Positions 8,037 through 20,414 of a stretch of DNA of 64,000 nt are shown piece after piece. Under the pieces are notes generated by a model. It saw only the letters and a program-made list of their open reading frames with translations, had not been told where the DNA came from and searched no databases. How positions within the stretch are numbered: position 1 is the first letter of the stretch; the number at the start of each line of letters is the position of its first letter. The stretch is from Geopsychrobacteraceae bacterium (GTDB lineage Bacteria; Desulfobacterota; Desulfuromonadia; Desulfuromonadales; Geopsychrobacteraceae), in contig OY759353.1 of NCBI GenBank assembly GCA_963662315.1, positions 384,001 to 448,000 on the forward strand. The letters run 5' to 3'. Position numbers and translations under genes: made by a program.

Positions 8037-10691
8037 ATGAAAGAACAATTGCCAAAAGGGTATGATCCCGCCCTGGTTGAACAGAAATGGTTTGATGTCT
8101 GGGAAAAGAGTGGCGTGTTTCACGCTGATGAGACTTCGGAAAAGCCGCATTACTCCATTGTGATTCCACCACCAAATGTCACTGGTGTGTTGCATATGGG
8201 GCATGCGCTGAATAATACTTTGCAGGATATCCTGTGTCGCTGGAAGCGCATGACCGGTCACGAAGTGCTATGGATGCCGGGCACCGATCATGCCGGTATT
8301 GCGACCCAGAATGTCGTTGAAAAGCAACTGGCTGCCGAAGGGAAGGATCGTCACGATCTGGGACGTGAAGCGTTTATCGAGCGCGTGTGGAAATGGCGGT
8401 CAGAGTCCGGTGGACAGATTATTAATCAGCTGAAGCGCTTAGGGGCATCATGTGACTGGGAGCGGGAGCGTTTCACGATGGACGAGGGGCTGTCCCAGGC
8501 TGTTCGTGAAGTTTTTGTGCGCCTTTATGATGAGGGTCTGATTTATCGTGATAATCGACTTATCAACTGGTGTCCTCGTTGTCATACCGCTCTTTCCGAC
8601 CTTGAAGTTGAGCATGATGACAAGAAGGGGAGTCTGTGGCATCTGCGTTACCCTGTTCAGGGAACAGATAAATGCCTGATCGTTGCGACTACGCGTCCAG
8701 AAACCATGCTGGGTGATACGGCTGTTGCGGTACATCCAGAGGATGAACGCTATCGAGATCTTATCGGAAAAACAATCCTGTTGCCGCTGGTGCAACGTGA
8801 AATTCCAATTATCGGTGATGAATATGTCGATAAGGAGTTTGGTAGTGGTGCGGTTAAAATCACTCCTGCTCACGATTTCAACGACTTTGAAATTGGTAAA
8901 CGACATGACCTTGATTTTATCAATGTTCTGGATGAAAGCGGTGTTATTAATGATAATGGCGGCGCTTACGTTGGTCTGGAACGCTATGTTGCCCGTGATC
9001 GCGTTGTCGCCGACCTGCAGGCGCAAGGACTGCTCGAAAAAATTGAAGATTATGGCAATTCGGTAGGGGAATGTTATCGTTGCAAGACGGTTATTGAACC
9101 TTATATGAGCAAACAGTGGTACGTGGCGGTCAAGCCTCTTGCCGCCGAAGCCATTAAGGCTGTTGAATCACAGAATACCAGAATCCTTCCGGTCCAGTGG
9201 GAAAAGACTTATTACGAGTGGATGTATAACATCCAGGACTGGTGCATCAGTCGACAGATCTGGTGGGGACACCGGATTCCGGCCTGGTTCTGTGATGATT
9301 GTGGTGAGATCAGTGTCTCACGCGAAGATCTGACTCAGTGTAAACACTGTAATAGTGCCAATCTGCGTCAAGAGACAGATGTGCTGGATACTTGGTTTTC
9401 CTCTGCGTTGTGGCCCTTTTCCACCATGGGGTGGCCGGATCAGACCACAGCACTGCACAAATTTTATCCGACCAGTTGTTTGGTGACAGGATTTGATATC
9501 CTCTTTTTCTGGGTTGCCCGCATGATGATGATGGGGCTGAAGTTTATGGATGAGGTGCCCTTCAAGGAAGTTTACATCCACGCGCTGGTGCGTGATGCCC
9601 AAGGGCAGAAAATGAGTAAAAGCAAGGGGAATGTCATCGATCCCCTTACCGTCATTGACGAATACGGTGCGGATGCTTTCCGCTTTACCCTGTGCGCTTT
9701 TGCTGCCATGGGGCGTGACATTAAACTGTCCACCGACCGGATCGGCGGTTATCGGAATTTTGTTAACAAGCTATGGAATGCCAGTCGTTTTGCGTTGATG
9801 AATCTGGAGGATTTTTCTCCGGAAATGGAACTTGATGCCCTTAATCTGTCGGCGGCAGATCACTGGATTCTTTACCGTTACGCTGTTACCGCGCACGATG
9901 TGAATGCTGCACTGACCGGTTACAAGTTTAATGATGCCGCTAGCCTACTTTACAGCTTTACATGGCATGAGTTCTGTGATTGGTTTGTCGAGTTGAGCAA
10001 GGACAGCCTTTATGGGGATGATGCCAACGCGCGTCAGACAACCCAGGCTGTTCTGTTTGTGGTTCTTGAAGGTTTGTTGCGGATGTTGCACCCGATATTG
10101 CCATTTGTAACTGAAGAGATCTGGCATGCTCTGCCAGGTGACAGAAACGCGACGACCCTTTTAAGGGCTGAGTATCCAACAACCGGAATCTGCCCTACCG
10201 ATGACCAAAAAGTCGCTCATATGGAAACCGTTATGGCTGTCATTAAGGCGATTCGGAATGTACGTGGTGAGTTGGAAGTCCCGCCTGGTAAGAAGATCAC
10301 TGTTGTTCTGGACTGTAAGAGTTCAGCTGCTTTAGCTGCGGTGGAAATGGGTCGTGACTATATCTGTTCGCTGGCCAGAGTTGAAGACCTGCAGATGGGT
10401 GTTGATATGGATCGCCCGAAACAGGTGTCGACTCAGGTTGCTGGTGATGTTGAGGTGCTGCTTCCCCTTGCTGGCTTGATAGATGTCGCTGAAGAAGAGG
10501 CGCGCCTGAAAAAAGAAATCGAAAAGATAAAGAAGGATGTCGATTTCTTCACTAAGAAGTTATCAAATAAAAACTTTGTCGATAACGCTCCTGCAGCTGT
10601 TTTGGAAAAAGATCGCGCCAAACTGTCGGCGGCGGAAGAGAAAATGGCCATTCTGAAAACTAGTCTGACGAAAATTGAAGCATTGAAATAA
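8037..10691 (+). CDS. valS: Valine--tRNA ligase
   Basis: PPPNVTGVLHMGH, DWCISRQIWWGH, KMSKS, C-terminal coiled-coil arm. Confidence 0.98.
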   Translation: MKEQLPKGYDPALVEQKWFDVWEKSGVFHADETSEKPHYSIVIPPPNVTGVLHMGHALNNTLQDILCRWKRMTGHEVLWMPGTDHAGIATQNVVEKQLAAEGKDRHDLGREAFIERVWKWRSESGGQIINQLKRLGASCDWERERFTMDEGLSQAVREVFVRLYDEGLIYRDNRLINWCPRCHTALSDLEVEHDDKKGSLWHLRYPVQGTDKCLIVATTRPETMLGDTAVAVHPEDERYRDLIGKTILLPLVQREIPIIGDEYVDKEFGSGAVKITPAHDFNDFEIGKRHDLDFINVLDESGVINDNGGAYVGLERYVARDRVVADLQAQGLLEKIEDYGNSVGECYRCKTVIEPYMSKQWYVAVKPLAAEAIKAVESQNTRILPVQWEKTYYEWMYNIQDWCISRQIWWGHRIPAWFCDDCGEISVSREDLTQCKHCNSANLRQETDVLDTWFSSALWPFSTMGWPDQTTALHKFYPTSCLVTGFDILFFWVARMMMMGLKFMDEVPFKEVYIHALVRDAQGQKMSKSKGNVIDPLTVIDEYGADAFRFTLCAFAAMGRDIKLSTDRIGGYRNFVNKLWNASRFALMNLEDFSPEMELDALNLSAADHWILYRYAVTAHDVNAALTGYKFNDAASLLYSFTWHEFCDWFVELSKDSLYGDDANARQTTQAVLFVVLEGLLRMLHPILPFVTEEIWHALPGDRNATTLLRAEYPTTGICPTDDQKVAHMETVMAVIKAIRNVRGELEVPPGKKITVVLDCKSSAALAAVEMGRDYICSLARVEDLQMGVDMDRPKQVSTQVAGDVEVLLPLAGLIDVAEEEARLKKEIEKIKKDVDFFTKKLSNKNFVDNAPAAVLEKDRAKLSAAEEKMAILKTSLTKIEALK

Positions 10692-10822
10692 TTGAAATGT
10701 TTCTGAAATAGAAAGATTTTTGTTTTTGGAAATTCGCCGATAAAGCCTGATTTGTAGTATTATTTTGATATTAGAATTTTAGAATGTATTGTTTTTTTTG
10801 TTTAATTTTATAACAAGGTTTA

Positions 10823-10835
10823 GTATACAGTATAC
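10823..10835. promoter_or_regulatory. Palindromic candidate operator upstream of frdCAB
   Basis: GTATAC-A-GTATAC; another GTATAC at 10910-10915. Confidence 0.45.
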
Positions 10836-11077
10836 GATTTGGTTTGTTCATGCGGTCGCTTAATTTGACCGATTGTCTACTTTATTTCGACGTCGAAAGG
10901 CTGTCACTTGTATACGCAAAGCGAATCCTGTTCATGGTTAACTGGCTTAAGTTTCAGGATTCGTTTCCAGGAAGAAAGGAGGGCAGGGCCGCGTTTTTTC
11001 TGAATTGGTTTGATTAATTGAATTAGGGAGAGAAGTCCTGACTGACAATCGCTTCACATTCTCGAGGGATAGAAATT

Positions 11078-11752
11078 ATGAATCTGTTTACAAGTACTGT
11101 AGGAAGAAAGGTGCTGATGGCAGTGACCGGTTTGTTGCTGGTCTTGTTTATCACTGTCCATCTTCTTGGTAACCTGTCAGTGTTCCTTGGCGCTGATGGT
11201 ATTAATGCCTATGCGAAACATCTCCATGATCTTGGGCCGCTGGTCTGGGTCTTCCGCCTGGTCATGTTGTGCCTGTTTGCTGTGCACATTACTTTCGGTA
11301 TTCAGCTCTACATGGAAAATCGTGCTGCCACTCCAGAGGCTTACGCGATCCAGAAAACCTTGGTTACGACATTCTCTGCGAAAACTATGATCTATACAGG
11401 CCTGATTATTCTGGTATTCCTGATTTATCATTTGCTTCATTTCACGGTTCAAGTAACAAATCCAGAGATCTCAGCGCATCACCTGCCACTTGATGCGGCT
11501 ATGCGTCCTGATGTTTTTTCGATGGTCGTGCTGAGCTTCCAGAAAGTATTTATTGCTGCCATCTATATCATCGGCATGATCGCTTTGGGTTTCCATCTTG
11601 CTCACGGTGTTTCCAGCTGGGTTCAGACTTTCGGTCTGAGCACTGGTCCTAGCCAGGATAAGGTTAGAATCATTGGCAAGTTGCTGGCTATTGTTTATGC
11701 GCTTGCATATATAGCCATTCCTTTGTTCATTCTTGCTCGCATTGTGAAATAG
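11078..11752 (+). CDS. frdC: Fumarate reductase/succinate dehydrogenase cytochrome b558 subunit
   Basis: [18 protein letters not shown], five TM helices with His heme ligands; first gene of the operon. Confidence 0.92.
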   Translation: MNLFTSTVGRKVLMAVTGLLLVLFITVHLLGNLSVFLGADGINAYAKHLHDLGPLVWVFRLVMLCLFAVHITFGIQLYMENRAATPEAYAIQKTLVTTFSAKTMIYTGLIILVFLIYHLLHFTVQVTNPEISAHHLPLDAAMRPDVFSMVVLSFQKVFIAAIYIIGMIALGFHLAHGVSSWVQTFGLSTGPSQDKVRIIGKLLAIVYALAYIAIPLFILARIVK

Positions 11753-11762
11753 GGGGCTTATT

Positions 11763-13678
<1,916 letters not shown>

Positions 13679-13679
<1 letters not shown>

Positions 13680-14431
13680 TGAACCTTACATTGCATGTAT
13701 GGCGCCAGAAGGGGCCACAGGATAAAGGAAAGCTGGAAACATATAAAGCAAAAGACGTCAGCCCGGATGAGTCTTTTCTTGAGATGCTTGATGAAGTTAA
13801 CGATGATTTGATCAAGCACGGCAAGGATCCTATCGCTTTTGATCATGATTGCCGTGAAGGTATCTGTGGTATGTGCTCACAGGTTATTAACGGTCGTCCT
13901 CATGGGCATCAGGAAAAAACTACCGTATGTCAGCTGCATATGCGTCAGTTTAAAGACGGCGATGAAATCTTTATTGAACCATGGCGCGCTCGTGCTTTCC
14001 CGGTTCTGAAAGACCTGATCGTCGATCGTAGCGCTCTTGACGTGATTATGCAGGCGGGAGGGTATTCTTCCTGTCATACTGGTGGTGTTGCTGATGGTAA
14101 TGCTCTGCTGATTCCAAAGCCGACTGCTGATTATGCTATGGACGCAGCTGAGTGTATTGGTTGCGGTGCTTGCGTTGCTGCGTGTCCTAACAGTTCTGCC
14201 ATGCTGTTTACCAGTGCCAAGGTCGCTCAACTTGCTGCGTTACCGCAGGGCAAGCCAGAAGCTCGTCGTCGGGTTCAGGCCATGACCGAAGCAATCCTTA
14301 GTGAAGGTTTTGGTAACTGTACCAACCATTATGAGTGTGAAGCTGCCTGCCCGAAAGGGATCAGTGTCAAATTTATTGCCAAGTTGAACCGTGAATATCT
14401 CAAGTCGATGATGCCTTCGACAACGAAATAA
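13679..14431 (+). CDS. frdB: Fumarate reductase/succinate dehydrogenase iron-sulfur subunit
   Basis: [33 protein letters not shown]. Confidence 0.96.
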
Positions 14432-14456
14432 TCTCTTTTCACTTTTGATTTATTCC

Positions 14457-14485
14457 AGGCGGGTCATTGCGACCCGCCTTTTTTT
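14457..14485 (+). terminator. Intrinsic terminator after frdCAB
   Basis: AGGCGGGTC-ATTGC-GACCCGCCT followed by a T-run. Confidence 0.88.
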
Positions 14486-14553
14486 ATATTCAAAAGGTGG
14501 CAAGATTCGTATCATAGCCAGATCAAATTGTTGCTTATGGGTTCCTTGTAGAT

Positions 14554-16119
14554 ATGTTTCTGAAAAATAGACAACCTGGCGATGTTTTAACCAGCTATGA
14601 TGTTTCTGCCTTGCCCTTTAAACATATCTTGCGCCGCGATGAGCTGGCCGCTGAGTTGTGCCGTGAGCACATAACCAAGCTGCAGGAGCACTTGGGACAT
14701 TGCTTGGCGTTATTGGGTCAGGCCCTGGGCCTTTCTGGCGTTGTCCTGCTGGTTTCTGATTCTTCCGCATGCAATTATTATCCATACGCAACGTCCTGTA
14801 ATCGTCCTCTTGAACCTGGACCTTATGCAAGTTGCAGCGGGATTCTCGGTTGTCTGAAGCTGCAGGCCCAGATAGCGGTTACACCATATAGGCGTAACTC
14901 TCCGGTCGTTCCGTACTATAAGAATCAAAGCCTATTATATGGCGGTGGTTTTTTGGCGGTCAGGATCCCGCCGAATGGGGCCGGGGCCGCTATGATACTG
15001 TGCCTTGATCGAATGAGTTCAGATGTTTGGCAGCACAGTGAGCTTGCTATCGTCAACCAGAGTGTTGCAAATATTCAGAACTTTTTTTCAGTCTACTTCG
15101 ATAACGTTCGTCTGCACATTGAAGGGGATGTTTTGCAACGCGCCTTCAATGGGTTGCGCAAGCTGAATATGGCTTTAAGCCTTGAAGACGTTTACCGGGC
15201 AATCAGTCAAACGATTAAAAACAGCACACATGTTGATTTCTGTGCTATCGCCTCGGTCCATGAAAAGGTGATTTGCCTGGAAAGCTGGTCTGGCGAATGT
15301 ATTTCTTATGCACTGCCGTTGCAGATTCCGTTGGCCGATTCGGTCTTTGACCAGGTGGTAAAATACCGTCACTCTTTTCCAGAAAATGGGTGTTTTTCAT
15401 CTTCTTTAATAGACCCCCGTTCGGCAGGCTTTTTTAAACAGTTCACATCTTTTCTGGTGGTCCCCTGTTTACAGCCCGAAACACCGGTTCGCTTTGTGCT
15501 TATCATTGCTTCGCTTGAACGTCGTGAATTAACGCAGCGTTATAAGAATCTGTTCGATCTTATTTCTGATCAACTCGCTATTAAACTTGATCTGGCCTTG
15601 TCCCATGACCAGATTCGCAGTATGGCGCTTCAGGATGCTTTGACCGGTATTTCCAATTTACGCGCTTTTAATACGGCTTTTCATACCATGTACGAACGCG
15701 CCCAGAGAAATGCCGGACATTTGAGTCTTGTCGCATGTGATATTGACCATTTTAAAGGAGTGAACGACCGTTACGGGCACCCCTGTGGAGATCAGGTTCT
15801 TAAACATGTGGCCAGCGCATTACGCAATGAAATCCGTACCATTGATATGGTTGCCAGGACCGGAGGAGAGGAGTTTCGGATTCTACTGGAGGGGGCGGAT
15901 CAGAGAGTGGCTACCGAGATAGCGGAACGTATTAGAACTAAGATTGAGTATTTACCTATTATCTGGCAGGGGCTTCAGCTGAAGGTTTCCATTTCTATGG
16001 GGATTGCAACGTTTGCGAACGATGGGCAGGATAAATCGTTGCTGGTGAACCGGGCGGATCAGGCTCTTTACCGGGCTAAAAACAATGGCCGCAATCGCGT
16101 TTGCCTGTGGCAGGCATAA
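14554..16119 (+). CDS. GAF-like sensor diguanylate cyclase (GGDEF)
   Basis: DALTG, DIDHFKGVNDRYGHPCGD, I-site RTID, GGEEF, AKNNGRN. Confidence 0.9.
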   Translation: MFLKNRQPGDVLTSYDVSALPFKHILRRDELAAELCREHITKLQEHLGHCLALLGQALGLSGVVLLVSDSSACNYYPYATSCNRPLEPGPYASCSGILGCLKLQAQIAVTPYRRNSPVVPYYKNQSLLYGGGFLAVRIPPNGAGAAMILCLDRMSSDVWQHSELAIVNQSVANIQNFFSVYFDNVRLHIEGDVLQRAFNGLRKLNMALSLEDVYRAISQTIKNSTHVDFCAIASVHEKVICLESWSGECISYALPLQIPLADSVFDQVVKYRHSFPENGCFSSSLIDPRSAGFFKQFTSFLVVPCLQPETPVRFVLIIASLERRELTQRYKNLFDLISDQLAIKLDLALSHDQIRSMALQDALTGISNLRAFNTAFHTMYERAQRNAGHLSLVACDIDHFKGVNDRYGHPCGDQVLKHVASALRNEIRTIDMVARTGGEEFRILLEGADQRVATEIAERIRTKIEYLPIIWQGLQLKVSISMGIATFANDGQDKSLLVNRADQALYRAKNNGRNRVCLWQA

Positions 16120-16122
16120 ACA

Positions 16123-16770
16123 TCACATCTTTTGAAGCAGAATGCTGCTGTATTCATTCAATAAGTGGTTCTTGATCAGTTTGCATCCTAACGTTTGGTA
16201 TTTTCTACGTATTGTGTAATTATCTTCCCACAGGATTCCAGAAAGAATCAGCCACGCCCCTTTGTTGAGACGAGCGACCAGATCGTTGGCAGCGTTCAAT
16301 AGAATGTCACCATAGATGTTGGCCAGCAGCAGGTCAAATTCGCTTTCATTAAACTGCTCCAGGTAGCCGGTAAAATGATGGACCCGGTGACTGACATGAT
16401 TTAAACGGCAGTTTTCCTGACAACTGACCAGCGCTTTTTCATCGATGTCCAGGCACCAAGCTTCATCGGCTCCCAGTTTGAGGGCAGCAATTGATAGAAT
16501 TCCTGTACCACTGCCAAAATCAAGCACTTTTGGCGTAGTGCAGAGCGGGAGCTGTTCCAGAATTTCAATGCAATTGCGCGTTGTTTCATGTTCTCCAGAG
16601 CCGAAAGCTCCTCGTTCCATAATTAAAGGAATTTTCGTTGCCAGGCGGTGCGTATCTCCTGGCGGCATGACCTGAAACTTATCTCCAATAAAGAATGACG
16701 TATAGCGGTCTTTGCCCTTGGTTGTGCTGTGCATGCGGGTCTCCAGTTCCTCTTTCGGGATTTTGTCCAT
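16123..16770 (-). CDS. PrmA-like SAM-dependent methyltransferase (short form)
   Basis: AFGSGEHETT, VLDFGSGTGILSI, LLANI, LILSGI. Confidence 0.82.
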   Translation of the reverse strand: MDKIPKEELETRMHSTTKGKDRYTSFFIGDKFQVMPPGDTHRLATKIPLIMERGAFGSGEHETTRNCIEILEQLPLCTTPKVLDFGSGTGILSIAALKLGADEAWCLDIDEKALVSCQENCRLNHVSHRVHHFTGYLEQFNESEFDLLLANIYGDILLNAANDLVARLNKGAWLILSGILWEDNYTIRRKYQTLGCKLIKNHLLNEYSSILLQKM

Positions 16771-17047
16771 TGATTGGCCTGGTTCTGTTGGTGATAGTTG
16801 TTCTTTGAGTCGTTTCGCATACCTGTATTATTATAATACATTGAGGGTGTAACACTATGGGTTGCTCACCTCACACTACGATTTGTTCGTGATTGTTGTG
16901 CTTTTATTTTCTCTTTATCTACATCAATCATGGTGACATAGACAGCGGTTGGTGGAATATGTAAAATGATTGGTGTGATTAGAAACGTTTCAGATTCGTA
17001 GCGATGTGAGTACAATAATGACTTCGATTTCATCCAGAGACCTGGCC

Positions 17048-18358
17048 ATGCAAAGTGTGCGAAAGCTGTTTTTGATAATCGTCTTATGCCTGATTGCCAC
17101 GGGTGCCAGCGGGGCAGACCGGAATTCTCCAGTTGTCAAAGCTGTGGCTGGTGCACGGGATGCCGTTGTCAATATCCGTACTGAAAAGGTTATGCAGAGG
17201 CGCAGTCAGTCTTTGTTTGGGTTTGGGGATTCTGTCTTTGACCAGTTTTTTCACGAGATGATGCCTTTGGGCAGTTATAAGACTGAATCCCTCGGGTCCG
17301 GTGTTATCATAGACAGAGTCGGACATATTTTAACCAATGCTCATGTTGTCGATAAGGCGTCGCGCATTTTTGTGGCCATGACTGGTAGTGGCCGGGAGTT
17401 TGAAGCGCAGCTCATTGGTCAGGATAGTCGTATTGATCTGGCGGTTTTAAAGATTATTCAACCGGGGGACTATTCATTTTTACCTCCGGCCCGATCCGAT
17501 GACCTGATGCTCGGTGAAACCGTCATCGCCATAGGTAATCCTCTGGGTCTAGGTCATTCCATTACAACTGGTATAATCAGTTCTACCAAACGCAGGGTTC
17601 AATTGAGTGAGCAGCTTACATCTGTATTTATTCAGACGGATGCGTTGATTAATCCTGGAAACTCCGGTGGCCCGTTGATTAATATTAACGGTGAATTAAT
17701 CGGAATAAATACCGCGATAGCTCGTCAGGCTCAGGGGATTGGATTTTCAATTCCTATCGATACCGCCAAACGGGTCGTTAATGATCTCATTGCCTATGGT
17801 CGCGTCAGGCATGCTTATTTGGGCCTCGTGGTAGGCGAAGTCAGTAGCGCCTTTGTGCGGTCTTATGGTGAGAGTGGGGTTCTGGTCGAGGATGTTGAGC
17901 CTGATAGCCCGGCTCAAAAGGCCAGGTTGCAGATCGCTGATGTTATTCTGGCAATTGATGAGGTCCCGTTAGCTTCTGTCGCCCAGTATTATGCCGAACT
18001 GCAGACCTATACTCCCGGTGATCTCCTGCCGCTGTCGGTGTTGCGCGGCGATAAGGTCGTATCACTTAAGGCCGAACTGACAGCCTTGCCCGCCGGTTAT
18101 CAAATGGCCTATACTCGTTCAACTTTTGGTTTCTCGGTTCGACAGGGACAACGCGGTTTGGTGATAGACGAGGTTCTGAATGGTTCGCCCGCAGAGCGGG
18201 TTGGTCTGAATGCCGGGGACATGGTTGTCAAAATTGAGGATGTGTCCGTTCAAAAACTTGCCGAATTTGAGCAAACTATGGAAGAGTATCTCGGACAAAA
18301 ACCGCTGCGGTTCACCGTCGTACGTGATAACGTCGCCTATTTGATAGAACTTCCGTAA
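17048..18358 (+). CDS. DegP/HtrA family periplasmic serine protease with two PDZ domains
   Basis: GSGVII, TNAHVV, DLAVLK, INPGNSGGPL; two PDZ domains. Confidence 0.93.
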   Translation: MQSVRKLFLIIVLCLIATGASGADRNSPVVKAVAGARDAVVNIRTEKVMQRRSQSLFGFGDSVFDQFFHEMMPLGSYKTESLGSGVIIDRVGHILTNAHVVDKASRIFVAMTGSGREFEAQLIGQDSRIDLAVLKIIQPGDYSFLPPARSDDLMLGETVIAIGNPLGLGHSITTGIISSTKRRVQLSEQLTSVFIQTDALINPGNSGGPLININGELIGINTAIARQAQGIGFSIPIDTAKRVVNDLIAYGRVRHAYLGLVVGEVSSAFVRSYGESGVLVEDVEPDSPAQKARLQIADVILAIDEVPLASVAQYYAELQTYTPGDLLPLSVLRGDKVVSLKAELTALPAGYQMAYTRSTFGFSVRQGQRGLVIDEVLNGSPAERVGLNAGDMVVKIEDVSVQKLAEFEQTMEEYLGQKPLRFTVVRDNVAYLIELP

Positions 18359-18400
18359 TTATACTGAATTTAATTGTCTAGAGGAGATTGTTAGAATTAT

Positions 18401-18946
18401 ATGCTGACTAATCGATCTTATCCCATTGTGTTTTTTTTGTTGTTTCTTCTGATGCTGGTGGGGTGTGACAATACAGCAGAAACCTCGTCTTCAAAAATTT
18501 CGTCTGAGGCTGCCGATCTGGTAGGTAGCGTGGCTCCCGATTTCAGCACCGTTAATATCCATGGCGATAAGGTTACTTTGTCGCAGTATCGGGGGAAGGT
18601 TGTTATTCTGAACTTTTGGGCGACTTGGTGTCCTCCATGCCGCGAAGAGATGCCATCCATGGAAGCCTTGCACAAAGCCTTTGCTGATAAAGGACTGGTG
18701 ATGCTGGCGGTTAATGTTGAAGAAAACGGCAAGGATGCCGTTACTTCGTTTCTGCAGAAGAGCCCTTACAGCTTTCCGATTCTTCTGGATGAGGATGCCA
18801 GGATTCAGAACACCTATAAGGTGTTCCGTTTTCCCGAATCATTTATCATCGATAAAAATGGTGTCGTGGTTGAAAAAATTATCGGGGGTCGTGACTGGAT
18901 GCGCGGGCCTACTTTCAAAACCATCGATTTTCTGGTCAACGGATAA
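18401..18946 (+). CDS. TlpA/ResA-like thiol-disulfide oxidoreductase lipoprotein
   Basis: Lipobox LVGC; LNFWATWCPPCREEMP. Confidence 0.92.
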   Translation: MLTNRSYPIVFFLLFLLMLVGCDNTAETSSSKISSEAADLVGSVAPDFSTVNIHGDKVTLSQYRGKVVILNFWATWCPPCREEMPSMEALHKAFADKGLVMLAVNVEENGKDAVTSFLQKSPYSFPILLDEDARIQNTYKVFRFPESFIIDKNGVVVEKIIGGRDWMRGPTFKTIDFLVNG

Positions 18947-18952
18947 TTGGGT

Positions 18953-19696
18953 ATGAACTCTGGTGCAGATATCACCTTGTGGATTGCTTTTTCAGCGGGA
19001 TTGTTATCCTATTTCTCCCCCTGTGTTTTGCCACTGATACCCTCCTACCTGACCTATATTTCGGGGTTGTCTTTCGGACAGCTTAAAGATGAACATCCGA
19101 GTGTCAAAATAAGGTTGACGGTTTTGTGCCATTCACTTGTTTTTGTTGCCGGTTTTTCTCTGGTGTTTATTGCGCTTGGGGCTCTGGCAGGACTTGCCTC
19201 GGCTTCTTTCCAGAATTATTTGCGCGAAAGCCTTGGCATTATTCAAAAAATAGGTGGTTTGCTGATTTTCCTGTTTGGGGTGCATCTTAGTGGTCTGTTT
19301 CATTTTGGTGTTTTGCTGGGAGAACGACGTATTCAGCTGCGTAATAAACCAACTGGTTTTTTGGGAACTTTTCTTGTCGGTCTTGCTTTTGCCGCAGGCT
19401 GGACCCCATGCATCGGGCCAATTTTGGGGGCCATTCTGGCCATTGCTGCAAGTAGTTCCGGAGGAGCAGGGCAAGGAGTGTTACTGTTAAGTGTGTATTC
19501 TATTGGGCTTGGCCTTCCATTTATTATTTCCGGTCTTGTTTTTCATGCGTTTCTCGGATTTTTCAACCGCTTCAAAAAACATATTCGCGTTAGTGAAATA
19601 ATCACCGGTGTCCTGCTTATGCTTGCCGGTGTCCTACTTTTTTTCGACTTGCTCTCACGCATTACCGGTTATCTGTATCAGTATCTGCCCGTGTGA
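18953..19696 (+). CDS. ccdA: Cytochrome c biogenesis protein CcdA
   Basis: SPCVLPLIP, GWTPCIGPILG, six TM helices. Confidence 0.92.
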   Translation: MNSGADITLWIAFSAGLLSYFSPCVLPLIPSYLTYISGLSFGQLKDEHPSVKIRLTVLCHSLVFVAGFSLVFIALGALAGLASASFQNYLRESLGIIQKIGGLLIFLFGVHLSGLFHFGVLLGERRIQLRNKPTGFLGTFLVGLAFAAGWTPCIGPILGAILAIAASSSGGAGQGVLLLSVYSIGLGLPFIISGLVFHAFLGFFNRFKKHIRVSEIITGVLLMLAGVLLFFDLLSRITGYLYQYLPV

Positions 19697-19714
19697 CGAG
19701 TCTTTTTGGCCGGA

Positions 19715-19754
19715 GCGTCTCCCTTTCTGGAGAACTATCCAGAAAGGGAGACGC
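19715..19754. other. Perfect 17-bp inverted repeat between ccdA and fur
   Basis: GCGTCTCCCTTTCTGGA-GAACTA-TCCAGAAAGGGAGACGC; no U-tract. Confidence 0.7.
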
Positions 19755-19821
19755 CAAGACCCTATTACACCAACCTTTTGTCAGTTTGTGCTTGATCTTT
19801 ACCTCTTGTTTTACTAGTTTT

Positions 19822-19838
19822 CTGAAAGTAATTTTCAT
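19822..19838. promoter_or_regulatory. Fur box upstream of the fur-feoB-ideR operon
   Basis: CTGAAAGTAATTTTCAT resembles the deltaproteobacterial Fur consensus WTGAAAATNATTTTCAW; lies just downstream of a TTGATC -35-like hexamer. Confidence 0.7.
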
Positions 19839-19939
19839 TATCCATCAGCCCTCTGGAAACGATGGAAGGTTGAATTCCCGTTTTTGTTTTAGGGGCGGCC
19901 ATTTTCCGAGCAGAGGCAATTTTTCAGGGAGGATCAGTA

Positions 19940-20371
19940 ATGGACAGTGTTGCTGTTTTTAATGACTATGTGCGTAAAAAAGGTCTTAAAAATACGAGTC
20001 AGAGAATGATGATTCTGGAGACATTTCTCAACTCAAAATCCCATTATTCTACGGAGGAACTTTACCTTAAATTACGCAGGAAAAATCCGAAAATCGGATA
20101 TGCAACGGTACATCGGACCTTAAAGCTGTTTGCCGAGTGTGGTATCGCAGTGGAGCTGAATTTTGGCGATGGTCAGGCACGTTTTGAGGCTGTTGATCAT
20201 GAAGAACATCATGACCATTTAGTCTGTACCCGCTGCGGTGAAATTATTGAGTTTGAAGAGCCTCGCATTGAAGTAATCCAGGAAGAAATAGGCAAACGCT
20301 ACGCTTTTAAAATCGAATGTCACCGTCATGAACTCTATGGCGTGTGTGCCAAGTGTTCCGCCAAGGGCTAA
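19940..20371 (+). CDS. fur: Ferric uptake regulator Fur
   Basis: TSQR, ATVHRTL, HHDHLVCTRCG, LYGVCAKC. Confidence 0.93.
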   Translation: MDSVAVFNDYVRKKGLKNTSQRMMILETFLNSKSHYSTEELYLKLRRKNPKIGYATVHRTLKLFAECGIAVELNFGDGQARFEAVDHEEHHDHLVCTRCGEIIEFEEPRIEVIQEEIGKRYAFKIECHRHELYGVCAKCSAKG

Positions 20372-20414
20372 TCTATTGTTATGCTGATGCTAGCGCAGGA
20401 AAGTTGTACTGTTT

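Noticed and set aside
14554..16119. Hypr GGDEF cGAMP synthase
   Set aside because: The specificity residue is the canonical Asp (GHPCGD), not Ser
19693..19962. 89-aa ORF between ccdA and fur (and 29676-29927 after guaA)
   Set aside because: These run through hairpin, terminator and operator sequence and lack protein-like features
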